This document shows, in pieces, positions 34,717 through 43,961 of a stretch of DNA of 64,000 bases. Position 1 is the stretch's first letter; every line of letters begins with the position of its first letter. The notes under the pieces were generated by a model. That model ran no database searches. It saw only the letters and a program-made list of their open reading frames with translations, and was not told the origin of the DNA. The stretch is from an uncultured Verrucomicrobiales bacterium (lineage in GTDB: Bacteria > Verrucomicrobiota > Verrucomicrobiia > Verrucomicrobiales > DEV007): the NCBI GenBank assembly GCA_963975655.1, contig CAXBHX010000012.1, positions 25,875-89,874 of the forward strand. The letters are read 5' to 3'. Made by a program: the position numbers and the translations under genes.

Positions 34717-36411
34717 TCAGATCCGGAACAATGCGCCGAGCTTCTTTCCAAGAATCAGCCCGGCTCCTGTGATCGTCACAGTCAGGAAGGCCATAGCCCA
34801 AACGCCCAGTGCAGAAGCAAGATGGGGGCCGTTGCCCAGGGAGCTGACGAGAGAGTAGATCGCCTTGGTAATCGGGAAATGTTGCTGCTGTTCGGCTAGA
34901 ATCAGGGAATCCGAAACTTCCAGCATGGCGAAGGAGAATGCCAGAAGGCCTCCGGCGACGAGATTTGCAGCGATAAGTGGGAGTGTGACTTTCAGGAGGG
35001 CTCGAAACGGGTGGCATCCCAAATTTCGGGCCGCTTCTTCCAGGGTAACGCTGGTTTGCTGAAACCCGGCGGCAGCGGCGCGAACCACATAGGGGAGTCT
35101 TCTGACCGCGTAGGCGATCACTAGGATAAGAACGGGGTCTTCCCCCAGGATGAGGAAGCTGAAGGGCTGGCCCTCGCGAGTCATGGCGAGGTATCCGAAG
35201 GCGAGGACGAGGCCCGGTACAGCGAGCGGCAACATAGCCATGGCGTCTAGAAGCTGCCTCCCGGGGAGCTTAGTTCGAACCACGACATAGGCGATGGCGA
35301 CTCCGAGTATCACGTTCAGCCCTGTGGCCATGGAGGCGTATTTCAGCGAGTTGCCAATGGAATTAAGCGTCAAAGGGTGGCTGAGCGCGTCCCTGAAGTG
35401 CTGACCGCTCCACTCCGTTGGCAGGATGGTCCCATACCATCGTTCGGAGACCGAGAGGAGAATGACCCCGAGGTGCGGCAAAACAGCAAGAGCAGTGACT
35501 CCCACAAATGAGCCAACACACAGGACGTTAGCGAGCGGGGTCGCGGGTTTGAGCGTCCGCCCTGTCGTCGCTCGACCGCTGCTGGCTCCCACGTCACGCC
35601 CAAACGCCCACTTTCCAAGGAGGTAAAAGAGGACGGTAGCAATCAACATCACGACAACGAGAGCATATGGGAAGGGATTGCCGCTCAAATCCTTGATTCC
35701 ATCGAAAATCTGAACCGAAGTCACTCGGGTGAAGTCGAAGATGAGGGGAACGCCCAGTTCAGTGAAGGACCAGATAAAGATGATGGTAGCCCCAGCAAAG
35801 ACACCGGGCATAATCATCGGCAAGGTGATGCGAAACAGCCTCCGAATACCATGGCAGCCCAGGTTCTCCGCTGCTTCGTCCATGGCGGGGTCCACATTGG
35901 CGAGGGCTGCCGAGATATTGAGGTAGGCAATCGGGTAGAGGTGTAGGGCGTTCATCAAGACCACACCCAGAAGTCGACCCTCCCCCAGCCAGTCGAATGG
36001 GGACTGAGCGTCCATGAGGCCCACTTGAGTCAGGAAGGAATTCAAGACGCCTGACTGTCCAAGTAGCTGCCGCACCCCAAGTGCACCAACAAAGGGAGGT
36101 AAGATCAGGGGGATGAGTATCAGGGAATTGAGGAGTTGTTTCCCCCAGAAATCCCAGCGATTCGCCAACATTGCGAGAGGAAGTGCGATCAATAAACACG
36201 AAATAGTCGTGAACAGTCCCATGTAAAAAGAGTTAATAAGACCTTCAACGTAAACGGGATTCAGAAAAACCTCACCAATGTAAGCAAAGGTCAGAGATCC
36301 GTCAGGAGTCAGAAACGCTTCCTTCACTGTGTGCCAGATTGGATACGCAAAAAACAGGGCGAAAAAGAGAGCGGTGGCCGCGTAGGTGCCTATTGCAAAC
36401 GAGCGGCTCAT
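34717..36411 (-). CDS. ABC transporter permease, fused two-domain type (FbpB/ThiP-like)
   Basis: 564 aa with two tandem binding-protein-dependent permease modules, each carrying an EAA-like loop (DEAAENLGCHGIRRLFRITLP and LEEAARNLGCHPFRALLKVTLP). Confidence 0.9.
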   Translation of the reverse strand: MSRSFAIGTYAATALFFALFFAYPIWHTVKEAFLTPDGSLTFAYIGEVFLNPVYVEGLINSFYMGLFTTISCLLIALPLAMLANRWDFWGKQLLNSLILIPLILPPFVGALGVRQLLGQSGVLNSFLTQVGLMDAQSPFDWLGEGRLLGVVLMNALHLYPIAYLNISAALANVDPAMDEAAENLGCHGIRRLFRITLPMIMPGVFAGATIIFIWSFTELGVPLIFDFTRVTSVQIFDGIKDLSGNPFPYALVVVMLIATVLFYLLGKWAFGRDVGASSGRATTGRTLKPATPLANVLCVGSFVGVTALAVLPHLGVILLSVSERWYGTILPTEWSGQHFRDALSHPLTLNSIGNSLKYASMATGLNVILGVAIAYVVVRTKLPGRQLLDAMAMLPLAVPGLVLAFGYLAMTREGQPFSFLILGEDPVLILVIAYAVRRLPYVVRAAAAGFQQTSVTLEEAARNLGCHPFRALLKVTLPLIAANLVAGGLLAFSFAMLEVSDSLILAEQQQHFPITKAIYSLVSSLGNGPHLASALGVWAMAFLTVTITGAGLILGKKLGALFRI

Positions 36412-38087
36412 TTTCCTGGAGTCCCTTCGATCGAGTGGTAGTTCTCGCGGAAGGCGCTTGCTAGTTCCCGGGCAAGTTGGATTTCGGCGACTTTGTTCTT
36501 CTTTTTCAGGATGGGGGCGATCCTCGTCGTGACGGCTTCATAGCTGATCAGCGAGACATCTTCGAAGACCGCAAGACCTTCCGCGGGCATTCCTCGTTCG
36601 ATCAGGGCTTTCCAGGCGGCCTGCTGCTCCTCGTGGGGATCGATGCAGGCACAGCGAATGACAAATCTCAGAGTGTTGAAAATCGAACCTGTCCAATCAG
36701 GGTGGTAGGTGAAGCCTTCAGCTATTTCATAGGGATTCACGACAGGGTCCGTCATATGAATCTGGTTTTCAGGGGTGTAGAAGTCTTTTCGAATAGGGGG
36801 ACGGCGCAGGGCAAAGCGGCTGGGGCCTCCTGGCGATCCAGGACGGAAATTCCAGAGTTTCTGACCGTCAGGTGAGAGCACGAACTCGATAAATCGGTGG
36901 GCTAACTCCGGGTTCGGAGCGCCCCGTAGCATACCAATAGGATCGGCACCAATGGAGGTTCCGGCCCGTGGCATCACGAATTGAACATGCGACTGCTCAT
37001 TCTCGTCCCGGAAAAGTTCATTGAAAGTGCGCCCGTAAAAATCGATGCACATACCGGCGGCGGCATCGCCGAGAGCGACATCGCGAGGGACTTTCGCCGC
37101 AGAATCGGTGAAGTAGCGGCTATTCGCGCTGATTTTGAGGATGAGGCGCATTGCCTCGTCCCAGCCCTGGCTGACTGCCTCGTCTTCGCTGAGCTTGCCT
37201 TCACTCAAGATGCGCTGAATCCGCTCCTGAATGAGCATCTCGAAGGCCTTCGTGGTTGATCCGGATTTCGTGGGGTCGGCCAGCGCCACTTGCCCGGCAA
37301 GGCGCGGGTCGGACAGGTCGTCCCAGCTCGTAAGCCCACCTTTGAAGCCAAGCCGACTCAGCACATCCTCATTGTAGCAGATGCCAAATGACGAAAGCAC
37401 AGTGCCCAGCCAGAGGAATTCGGGATCGCGGAAGGGTTCACCCGATACCTCTTGAGGCATGACCGCATCGCTGAACCAATCGGGGTGATCGTCGGCAATA
37501 GCGGCGGGGCCATATCGGCCACTAGGATCACGGGAAACCAGATTGCCGGCGGATGCCTGTTTGGAGAAATCATAGGCACCTCCTCCAAAAAACAGGTCAA
37601 TGCCGACTCCTACATTGGATTCGAGATACATAGCTCGCGCTGCCAATGCCAGTTGCTCAGAATCATTGCTATCCAATAGGGTTGGGTCATCGAGTATACC
37701 CTGTTGGATGGCCGACTGTGCGGCCTCGTTGAGTTTTCCATTGGAAAAGGCGTCCCGGGTGGCCGCTCTGAAGGCCAGTTGGGTTCGTTTCTTCCAGAGA
37801 TTCTCAAAACGAGTCGAATACTCGGACCGGAGAAAACGCGCGATCTCGGACGTCCCGCCCGGCTGTCGCCAGTCGACAAAGACCTGACGGTTGAATTTCT
37901 TTTCCATGTGCCGGGTGAAAGCCCGGGCAAACTCAGCTTGAATCGATTCGTTGTGGGGGGTGATGATGACGAGGCGCTCCGCATCATCGAGCTTGATCCC
38001 GCCTGAGTCGGGATCGGGCCGCATCGCAAAAGGGGCCACCAGAACGATGCCGAGCAGGGCGAGGACGATGGAAATACGAACCCACAT
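36408..38087 (-). CDS. ABC transporter substrate-binding protein (family-1-like, unusually long)
   Basis: 559 aa with an N-terminal anchor/signal (MWVRISIVLALLGIVLVAPFA). The composition is typical of a periplasmic binding protein. It sits between the ATPase and permease genes, with overlapping stop and start codons on both sides. Confidence 0.75.
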   Translation of the reverse strand: MWVRISIVLALLGIVLVAPFAMRPDPDSGGIKLDDAERLVIITPHNESIQAEFARAFTRHMEKKFNRQVFVDWRQPGGTSEIARFLRSEYSTRFENLWKKRTQLAFRAATRDAFSNGKLNEAAQSAIQQGILDDPTLLDSNDSEQLALAARAMYLESNVGVGIDLFFGGGAYDFSKQASAGNLVSRDPSGRYGPAAIADDHPDWFSDAVMPQEVSGEPFRDPEFLWLGTVLSSFGICYNEDVLSRLGFKGGLTSWDDLSDPRLAGQVALADPTKSGSTTKAFEMLIQERIQRILSEGKLSEDEAVSQGWDEAMRLILKISANSRYFTDSAAKVPRDVALGDAAAGMCIDFYGRTFNELFRDENEQSHVQFVMPRAGTSIGADPIGMLRGAPNPELAHRFIEFVLSPDGQKLWNFRPGSPGGPSRFALRRPPIRKDFYTPENQIHMTDPVVNPYEIAEGFTYHPDWTGSIFNTLRFVIRCACIDPHEEQQAAWKALIERGMPAEGLAVFEDVSLISYEAVTTRIAPILKKKNKVAEIQLARELASAFRENYHSIEGTPGK

Positions 38088-39166
38088 TACGAAGAGGGAA
38101 GGAGGATCACATCCTCCGGTTTGGCTGAAGCATAAAGAGTCTGTTCGGTGTCCCTAATCACCCTTCGGGGGTTTAACTCGGAGAGGTGAATAGGCTCCTC
38201 GCGACCCTCAACCTGGAGGGAATACTGGGCGACTTCGCCGAGATAGATTGATTCGGTCAATTTCCCTGAAATCGCGTTCTGCGCTGGCGGCGCGATGTCG
38301 ATAGACAGGCACTCCGGGCGTATGGAAACAGTGGTCCGTTCTCCGACTCCGGGATTCCAGCGCGGATCGGATGGGCGTCCCGTCAGTTCGCCAACGGGAG
38401 TTTCAACATAGACGTTGTCACCGGAGATGAACGCCACTTTCCCCTCGATTAGATTAGTTTCACCAATGAAGCCTGCCACCAGCGCGGACCGGGGGTGGCG
38501 ATAGACTTCCTCAGGTGTGCCGACCTGAGCGATTTTTCCGCCGTCCAAGATGGCCAATCGGTCGGCGATCGAAAGGGCTTCTTTCTGGTCGTGAGTCACA
38601 TAGATCGCGGTAAGACCAAACTCCTTGCAGATTCTGCGAATTTCGGACCGCATTTCTATACGCAGCTTGGCGTCCAGGTTGGAAAGAGGCTCGTCCAGCA
38701 TGAGGCAGCGCGGTCGAACCACCAGAGCTCTGGCCAATGCGACGCGTTGCTGTTGACCTCCTGAAAGTTGATTGACCTTCCGGGTCCCGAGGCCCTCCAT
38801 CTTGACCATGGCGAGGGCCTCATCGACCCGCTCGCGAATCTCCGCTTTGCGGATTCGACGCTCTTCGAGGCCAAACGCGACATTTTTGAAAACGTTGAGG
38901 TGAGGCCACAGAGCATAACTCTGGAACATCATCGCGGTCTCGCGCTTGTGCGGTGGCACCTGGCTGACGTCTTCACCATCGAAGAGGATGCTGCCTTCTT
39001 CGGGTAAGTGAAATCCGGCGATAGATCGGAGGAGGGTGGTTTTGCCGCACCCACTGGGGCCGAGCAGAAAGAAGAGTTCTCCGGCTTCGATATCGAGATC
39101 AAGCTGGTTCAGGGCGACGACATCACCGAAGCGTTTGGTGAGGCCACGAATTTGGATTGATACCAT
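38087..39166 (-). CDS. ABC transporter ATP-binding protein (PotA/FbpC/MalK-like)
   Basis: Walker A GPSGCGKTT, signature LSGGQQQRVALARAL, Walker B CLMLDEPLS, H-loop VTHDQ, and a C-terminal TOBE-like domain. Confidence 0.93.
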   Translation of the reverse strand: MVSIQIRGLTKRFGDVVALNQLDLDIEAGELFFLLGPSGCGKTTLLRSIAGFHLPEEGSILFDGEDVSQVPPHKRETAMMFQSYALWPHLNVFKNVAFGLEERRIRKAEIRERVDEALAMVKMEGLGTRKVNQLSGGQQQRVALARALVVRPRCLMLDEPLSNLDAKLRIEMRSEIRRICKEFGLTAIYVTHDQKEALSIADRLAILDGGKIAQVGTPEEVYRHPRSALVAGFIGETNLIEGKVAFISGDNVYVETPVGELTGRPSDPRWNPGVGERTTVSIRPECLSIDIAPPAQNAISGKLTESIYLGEVAQYSLQVEGREEPIHLSELNPRRVIRDTEQTLYASAKPEDVILLPSS

Positions 39167-39471
39167 GGGAGAAGGACCGGGAGGGGACCATTCCGGTGTA
39201 CTGGAATCCTGACCTCAGGACAAGGAAATTGGAAGATCGTTGAGAGGGCTATCTATTATCGCTTCCGGTAGGCATCGTAGTCGAAGCTTTCCTGAAGATG
39301 TAGACGCCAGACCCACCACTTTCTGAGCGAATGAACCAGTTCGTTTGGCGGCGGGGCGTCTGACATGTTCTCAATTGATGCAGAGGGGCGTTGTCCTTGT
39401 CCAATTCAATCTTAGATACTGCCCGGATTTGGGCCTTTGCGTGGTCCGCGCGACAGTGCTAGCCTCCGCGT

Positions 39472-41223
39472 ATGAGATTATTCGTCTTCACCTGTCTCCT
39501 TTTTCTCACTTCATTTATTCAAGCTGAGCGACCTAATGTTCTGGTGATCCTGACGGATGATCAAGGCTGGGGGGATTTGAGTGTGTCGGGCAACAAGAAC
39601 CTCTCGACTCCAAATATCGACTCACTGGCTGAAGACGGGGCGAGTTTTGATCGCTTCTATGTATGCCCGGTATGTTCTCCCACTCGAGCGGAGTTTTTGA
39701 CGGGTCGATTTCATCAACGTAGCGGCGTCTACTCCACCTCCGCAGGCGGAGAGCGCATGGATCTCGATGAAACAACGATTGGAGATACGTTCAAGGCAGC
39801 AGGCTATAAGACTGCCGCTTTCGGGAAGTGGCACAATGGGATGCAGTTTCCTTATCACCCGAATGGTCGAGGATTCGATGAGTTCTACGGATTCTGTTCG
39901 GGCCATTGGGGTAACTACTTCAGTCCCATGCTGGAGCACAACGGGGAAATCGTCGAGGGCGAGGGTTTTGTGATTGATGACTTCACCAATCGCGCGATGA
40001 GCTTCATTGAAGAGAACCGGGACCAACCGTTCTTTGTTTATCTGCCCTACAACACGCCACACTCACCGATGCAGGTTCCCGATGAGTTCTGGGATCGAAT
40101 GAAGGATAAGGAGTTGGCGATGCATAACCGCGAACCGGAGAAGGAAGACGACCTCCATGTGCGTTGCGCCTTGGCGATGTGTGAGAACATTGATTGGAAT
40201 GTGGGGCGCCTCCTCAGCAAGCTCGACGACATGATGCTGAGCGAGAATACGATTGTGATTTATTTCTGCGACAATGGTCCCAACGGCACTCGCTGGAATG
40301 GAGGAATGAAGGGGAAGAAGGGCTCGACCGATGAAGGTGGAGTGCGCAGCCCCATGTTGATTCGCTGGCCGGCTGGAATTGAGGCGGGCACGAAAGTGGA
40401 GGTCCTGGGATCGGCCCTGGATTTGCTGCCGACGCTAACCGAGATGGTAGGGATCGAGCATGCTGGAACCAAATCTCTCGACGGGATCAGTTTGGCTTCC
40501 GTTCTCACGAAAGAGGGGGGAGGCGCTACTGCAGAACTGAAGCAGCGCCATATCTACAGTGGCTGGAAGGATAAATTCTCAGTCCGGACTCCCGAGTTTC
40601 GACTGAGTCACGACAAGCAGCTCTTCAACATGCAGAAAGACCCGGGGCAATACGAAAACGTGGCCAAGCAGCATCCGAAGATCTACGAGGCCCTCGCCGC
40701 TGAGCGGATTGCCTGGAAAGATGAAATGATAGAGGAGCTTGGCACTGATACCCGACCGTTTGTGATCGCTGATCCTGGTCATGCTTTCACTCAAGTGCCG
40801 GCGCGTGATGGGATTCCTCACGGCAACATTGAGCGCTCAAACAAGTTTCCCAATGACTCCTTTTTCTCAAACTGGATCTCAACCGATGACTGCATTACCT
40901 GGACGGCGGAAGTGGCCGAGTCGGGCCGTTTTGAAGTCGAACTCTTCTACACTTGCTCTGCCGCGAACGTGGGTTCAACGGTGGAACTGAGTTTCAACGG
41001 CAACAACCTGAGCGGGAAGGTCAACACGGCAGTGGAATCACCACTTCTTGGTGCTGAGCAAGATCGCTCACCACGGGGAGAGAGCTACACCCAGAACTGG
41101 AAGCGCATGGCGCTCGGCCAGATTGAACTGGGTAAAGGAACCGGTGAGTTGACTCTACGAGCCACTGATATTCCAGGTGAAGAAGTGATGGCGTTTCGCT
41201 TGATGTTACTGAAGCGACTTTGA
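39472..41223 (+). CDS. formylglycine-dependent sulfatase with a C-terminal beta-sandwich domain
   Basis: Signal peptide, NVLVILTDDQGWGD, the Cys-type maturation motif CSPTRAEFLTGR, and GKWH. The extra 130 aa or so at the C-terminus look like a carbohydrate-binding-type domain. Confidence 0.9.
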   Translation: MRLFVFTCLLFLTSFIQAERPNVLVILTDDQGWGDLSVSGNKNLSTPNIDSLAEDGASFDRFYVCPVCSPTRAEFLTGRFHQRSGVYSTSAGGERMDLDETTIGDTFKAAGYKTAAFGKWHNGMQFPYHPNGRGFDEFYGFCSGHWGNYFSPMLEHNGEIVEGEGFVIDDFTNRAMSFIEENRDQPFFVYLPYNTPHSPMQVPDEFWDRMKDKELAMHNREPEKEDDLHVRCALAMCENIDWNVGRLLSKLDDMMLSENTIVIYFCDNGPNGTRWNGGMKGKKGSTDEGGVRSPMLIRWPAGIEAGTKVEVLGSALDLLPTLTEMVGIEHAGTKSLDGISLASVLTKEGGGATAELKQRHIYSGWKDKFSVRTPEFRLSHDKQLFNMQKDPGQYENVAKQHPKIYEALAAERIAWKDEMIEELGTDTRPFVIADPGHAFTQVPARDGIPHGNIERSNKFPNDSFFSNWISTDDCITWTAEVAESGRFEVELFYTCSAANVGSTVELSFNGNNLSGKVNTAVESPLLGAEQDRSPRGESYTQNWKRMALGQIELGKGTGELTLRATDIPGEEVMAFRLMLLKRL

Positions 41224-41238
41224 GGGGATATCGATTGC

Positions 41239-42837
41239 TTACTGCAAACCAAATTTCTGCAGCATGATCGCATCGTGCCCGTAGATATCTTCGTCAAACC
41301 GGACGCGGTTGTCACCCATGATAGTCGAGGTCCAGTAGACGAGATAGACGGGCATTGGGCGTGAGAAATCTTCTTTCCGATTGGGTGAATTCACGTCCTG
41401 CATCGCTGCGTTTACTGAATTGATGTTCCAGCCGCCGTTGCGTTGAAGCAGGAGGTCTGCCAACTCATCGGGGCGTGCCACCCTGACGCAACCATGACTG
41501 AAATCCCGGTTGGCACGGTCAAAAAGGGAGTGATCGGGGGTGTCATGCAGATAGACTGAGGAATCGTTGGGAAAGATGAACTTCACTAAACCGAGCGAGT
41601 TATCGGGACCGTCGGCCTGTCGGATGTATAGGCTACCGGCCGCTGCCTTGTTGAGGTTGGTTGAATTGATGGGAAGAGCCTGGCTATTAGAGGCTCCGTA
41701 GTGAGGCACGATCTGATATTGGTGGCTGGCCATGTAGCCCACGGGATCGGCCAGTGCTTTGGGCACAATTTCAGTCTTGGCAATGGAGGGCGGCACATTC
41801 CAATAGGGACGAAAGAAGAGGTATTTGATGTCTCCGTGAAAGATCGGTGTCTGGTGCTTGCCCTTCACTCCGACAATGACAGGCATCACCGTGATTTGTT
41901 TGCGCTGATCGAACATTCGCAGCGCGCTCTCAGCGATATTCACTTCAATGTGCTCGGCTTCTTCGTAAGCACGGGGCATCCAGCGAAGGCGATCGAGGTT
42001 GATGATGAGGGCATTGACTCGATCGAGGGAGGAAATATTCAGCTCCTTTAGAGTATCAGTCCCGAGATAGCCATCCGGTTGGATGCCGTGTCGGAATTGA
42101 AAGGATTTGATGGCATCACCAGTTCTCGAATCAATTTCACTCTTTCGGCTTTTTACGATGCCTCCCGGAGGAAGATCGCCTTCTGCTTGAAGACGGGCTC
42201 GCAACAGCTTGAGCTCTGGATAGGGACTGCCGGGTCCTGCTGGGCTCACCGTGGCGGGGAGATTTCGCCAGCCGCCCAGCTGGTCGATTTCCCGGTAGCG
42301 GGCCAGTGACTTGACCATTTCGGCGTAGCGCTGGTCCTGTGGCGGTACTTTTTGAAGTATAAAGCCCGAAAACTGAGAGGGGGGCTGCTGCAGTGCTTGA
42401 TCCAGAAAGTGATAGGAAGAGATCTTGCGGGTCAACTCGCCCCATTTTGGATGAACGGAGCGGGCATCGACGTGACCGTAAGCCAAAGATTGAATGGCAT
42501 AGAGAGCCAGTTGGGTCGTGCCCACTTCGACCTTGGCTCTGGCCGCTGGGTCGTTACTTGGTGCCCTCCATTGGGCATCCCATGCCTCAAGTTGGAAGAG
42601 CCGAGGGGAAAGCCCGTGATTGTCGAGCTCGCGGAGCAACTGGGCCAGTCCCATCAGGTGTTCGCCGGTCCACACAGGTTGATAGTTCCGTGCTCCGTAC
42701 CATTTTGAAATGCTGCTCCCGGCTTTGGATGCCTCAGCCTTGACGTAGTCCGTCATTCCCTGAGCATAGGTGTTGTATGACAGGCCAACGACACAGGCAC
42801 ATAGGATCAGTGTCTTTATTTGGAAGATCGATCGCAT
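41239..42837 (-). CDS. L,D-transpeptidase, YcbB/LdtD-like
   Basis: 532 aa with a signal peptide, a PG-binding-like repeat (IKSFQFRHGIQPDGYLGTDT), and the YkuD catalytic motif HDTPDHSLFDRANRDFSHGCVRV. Confidence 0.88.
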   Translation of the reverse strand: MRSIFQIKTLILCACVVGLSYNTYAQGMTDYVKAEASKAGSSISKWYGARNYQPVWTGEHLMGLAQLLRELDNHGLSPRLFQLEAWDAQWRAPSNDPAARAKVEVGTTQLALYAIQSLAYGHVDARSVHPKWGELTRKISSYHFLDQALQQPPSQFSGFILQKVPPQDQRYAEMVKSLARYREIDQLGGWRNLPATVSPAGPGSPYPELKLLRARLQAEGDLPPGGIVKSRKSEIDSRTGDAIKSFQFRHGIQPDGYLGTDTLKELNISSLDRVNALIINLDRLRWMPRAYEEAEHIEVNIAESALRMFDQRKQITVMPVIVGVKGKHQTPIFHGDIKYLFFRPYWNVPPSIAKTEIVPKALADPVGYMASHQYQIVPHYGASNSQALPINSTNLNKAAAGSLYIRQADGPDNSLGLVKFIFPNDSSVYLHDTPDHSLFDRANRDFSHGCVRVARPDELADLLLQRNGGWNINSVNAAMQDVNSPNRKEDFSRPMPVYLVYWTSTIMGDNRVRFDEDIYGHDAIMLQKFGLQ

Positions 42838-43097
42838 AAGGAAAGATTTAGTAAGTCCTAACTATCCTCGCTTTGGGGATTTGTTCAAATCCTCAATCGG
42901 ACGGTAAATCCGGAATTATCTGCGTTGAAATAAAGTAAAATGGAGAGCCGGAGCGGCTTTGCCGTGTGATTCGTGCCTTGAAAGCCGAGGGTGACAGATG
43001 GAACTCCCCTCGGCCTGTTTCGCTGATGAGGATGCAAATCTATCACATTGTGCTAAAGGCTTTCTGAGCACATGTTAGAAAAGCGACGAGGCAAGCA

Positions 43098-43334
43098 ATG
43101 AGGCGGGATCTTAAGGAATGGTATGATGAATTGGAAAAATTTCCTGAGGACTGGTCTGTCCGCGTCCGATTGGTTGAGGCAGCTGTATCCATCGGGGATA
43201 TCGAAGAAGCACGGCGGCTGGTTCGAACATCGCCGGGTGATGGGCCGCTCCCTCAGGAACTGCAAAGCCGACTGCATTTTGTCCTGACCCAGGATGATCA
43301 AGGTGGAGCCGGCAACGAGTTACCGGTGGGCTGA
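43098..43334 (+). CDS. possible small protein (78 aa), helical/TPR-like
   Basis: MRRDLKEWYDELEKFPEDWSVRVRLVEAAVSIGDIEEARRLV reads like a real helical hairpin. Two antisense ORFs of similar length overlap it, so coding status is uncertain. Confidence 0.3.
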   Translation: MRRDLKEWYDELEKFPEDWSVRVRLVEAAVSIGDIEEARRLVRTSPGDGPLPQELQSRLHFVLTQDDQGGAGNELPVG

Positions 43335-43354
43335 CCCAAATAGGCAACCTCCGA

Positions 43355-43373
43355 CCTCCTGCTCGGCAGGAGG
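43355..43373. terminator. GC-rich hairpin between convergent genes (possible bidirectional terminator)
   Basis: cctcctgc-tcg-gcaggagg: an 8-bp perfect stem with a 3-nt loop and no clear U-tract on either side. Confidence 0.35.
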
Positions 43374-43391
43374 AGTAAAGACCACTCTGCC

Positions 43392-43931
43392 TTAGAGTGG
43401 AGCCGGTATAGGACGGGAGGGAAAAGGCTCGAAGTCAGCGGGAACGCCGGGGAAATTTTCTTCGCGAAATCGATCCCATGTGCGCCGGGTCTCTTCGGAC
43501 ATAATATTGGACATGGCTTCCATGCAATTGAAGCAGATCATGGCGCTGTCGACCATTTGATCACCCTTGCAGGCACCTACGAGCCCGTATTCGCCTTCTT
43601 TGACGTCGTCGAAAGTAGCCTCGCAGAGGGTGCAGTCGTTGAATCCACTAACGTCTCGGTAGTGTTTGGCCTGAAACTCAGCGAGACTCTGTTTCGATTC
43701 GTCAGATGCTTCGTCGAGCATCGCGTTAAGGCAGGGAAGACACATCGCATACTCGACGATTACTTCGCTCTTGCTGAAGTTCTTTGAGACGCGGTACCCC
43801 TCCTCAAAATGGAGGAGCGATTCTCCGCAGCGGGTGCAGGATACAAAGGGGCGATCCTCGTAAAAGGAGTGGAGGATGACAGGGATCGGCTCCCCGCCTT
43901 GCGATTCTTGGTCGTCGTCGGGGTTACTCAT
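43392..43931 (-). CDS. cysteine-rich protein with two repeated 4-Cys (Zn-ribbon-like) modules
   Basis: 179 aa. The CxxC pairs are at C32/C35, C64/C67, C100/C103 and C133/C136. The two halves align with each other. It starts 30 nt after the FG-GAP gene stop on the same strand. Confidence 0.6.
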   Translation of the reverse strand: MSNPDDDQESQGGEPIPVILHSFYEDRPFVSCTRCGESLLHFEEGYRVSKNFSKSEVIVEYAMCLPCLNAMLDEASDESKQSLAEFQAKHYRDVSGFNDCTLCEATFDDVKEGEYGLVGACKGDQMVDSAMICFNCMEAMSNIMSEETRRTWDRFREENFPGVPADFEPFPSRPIPAPL

Positions 43932-43961
43932 CGTAAGGAGGAACTATAGTATTCGGAAACG

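Noticed and set aside
39167-39471. Possible riboswitch (TPP or other) in the leader of the ABC operon, which includes the hairpin attccgg-tgta-ctggaat at ~39189-39206.
   Set aside because: The conserved TPP-riboswitch elements are absent. A single imperfect hairpin is not diagnostic.
42870-42895. ggatt-tgttca-aatcc, which superficially resembles a tRNA T-arm.
   Set aside because: The loop is 6 nt, not the required 7, and lacks the TTCRANY pattern. No acceptor, D or anticodon stems can be built around it.
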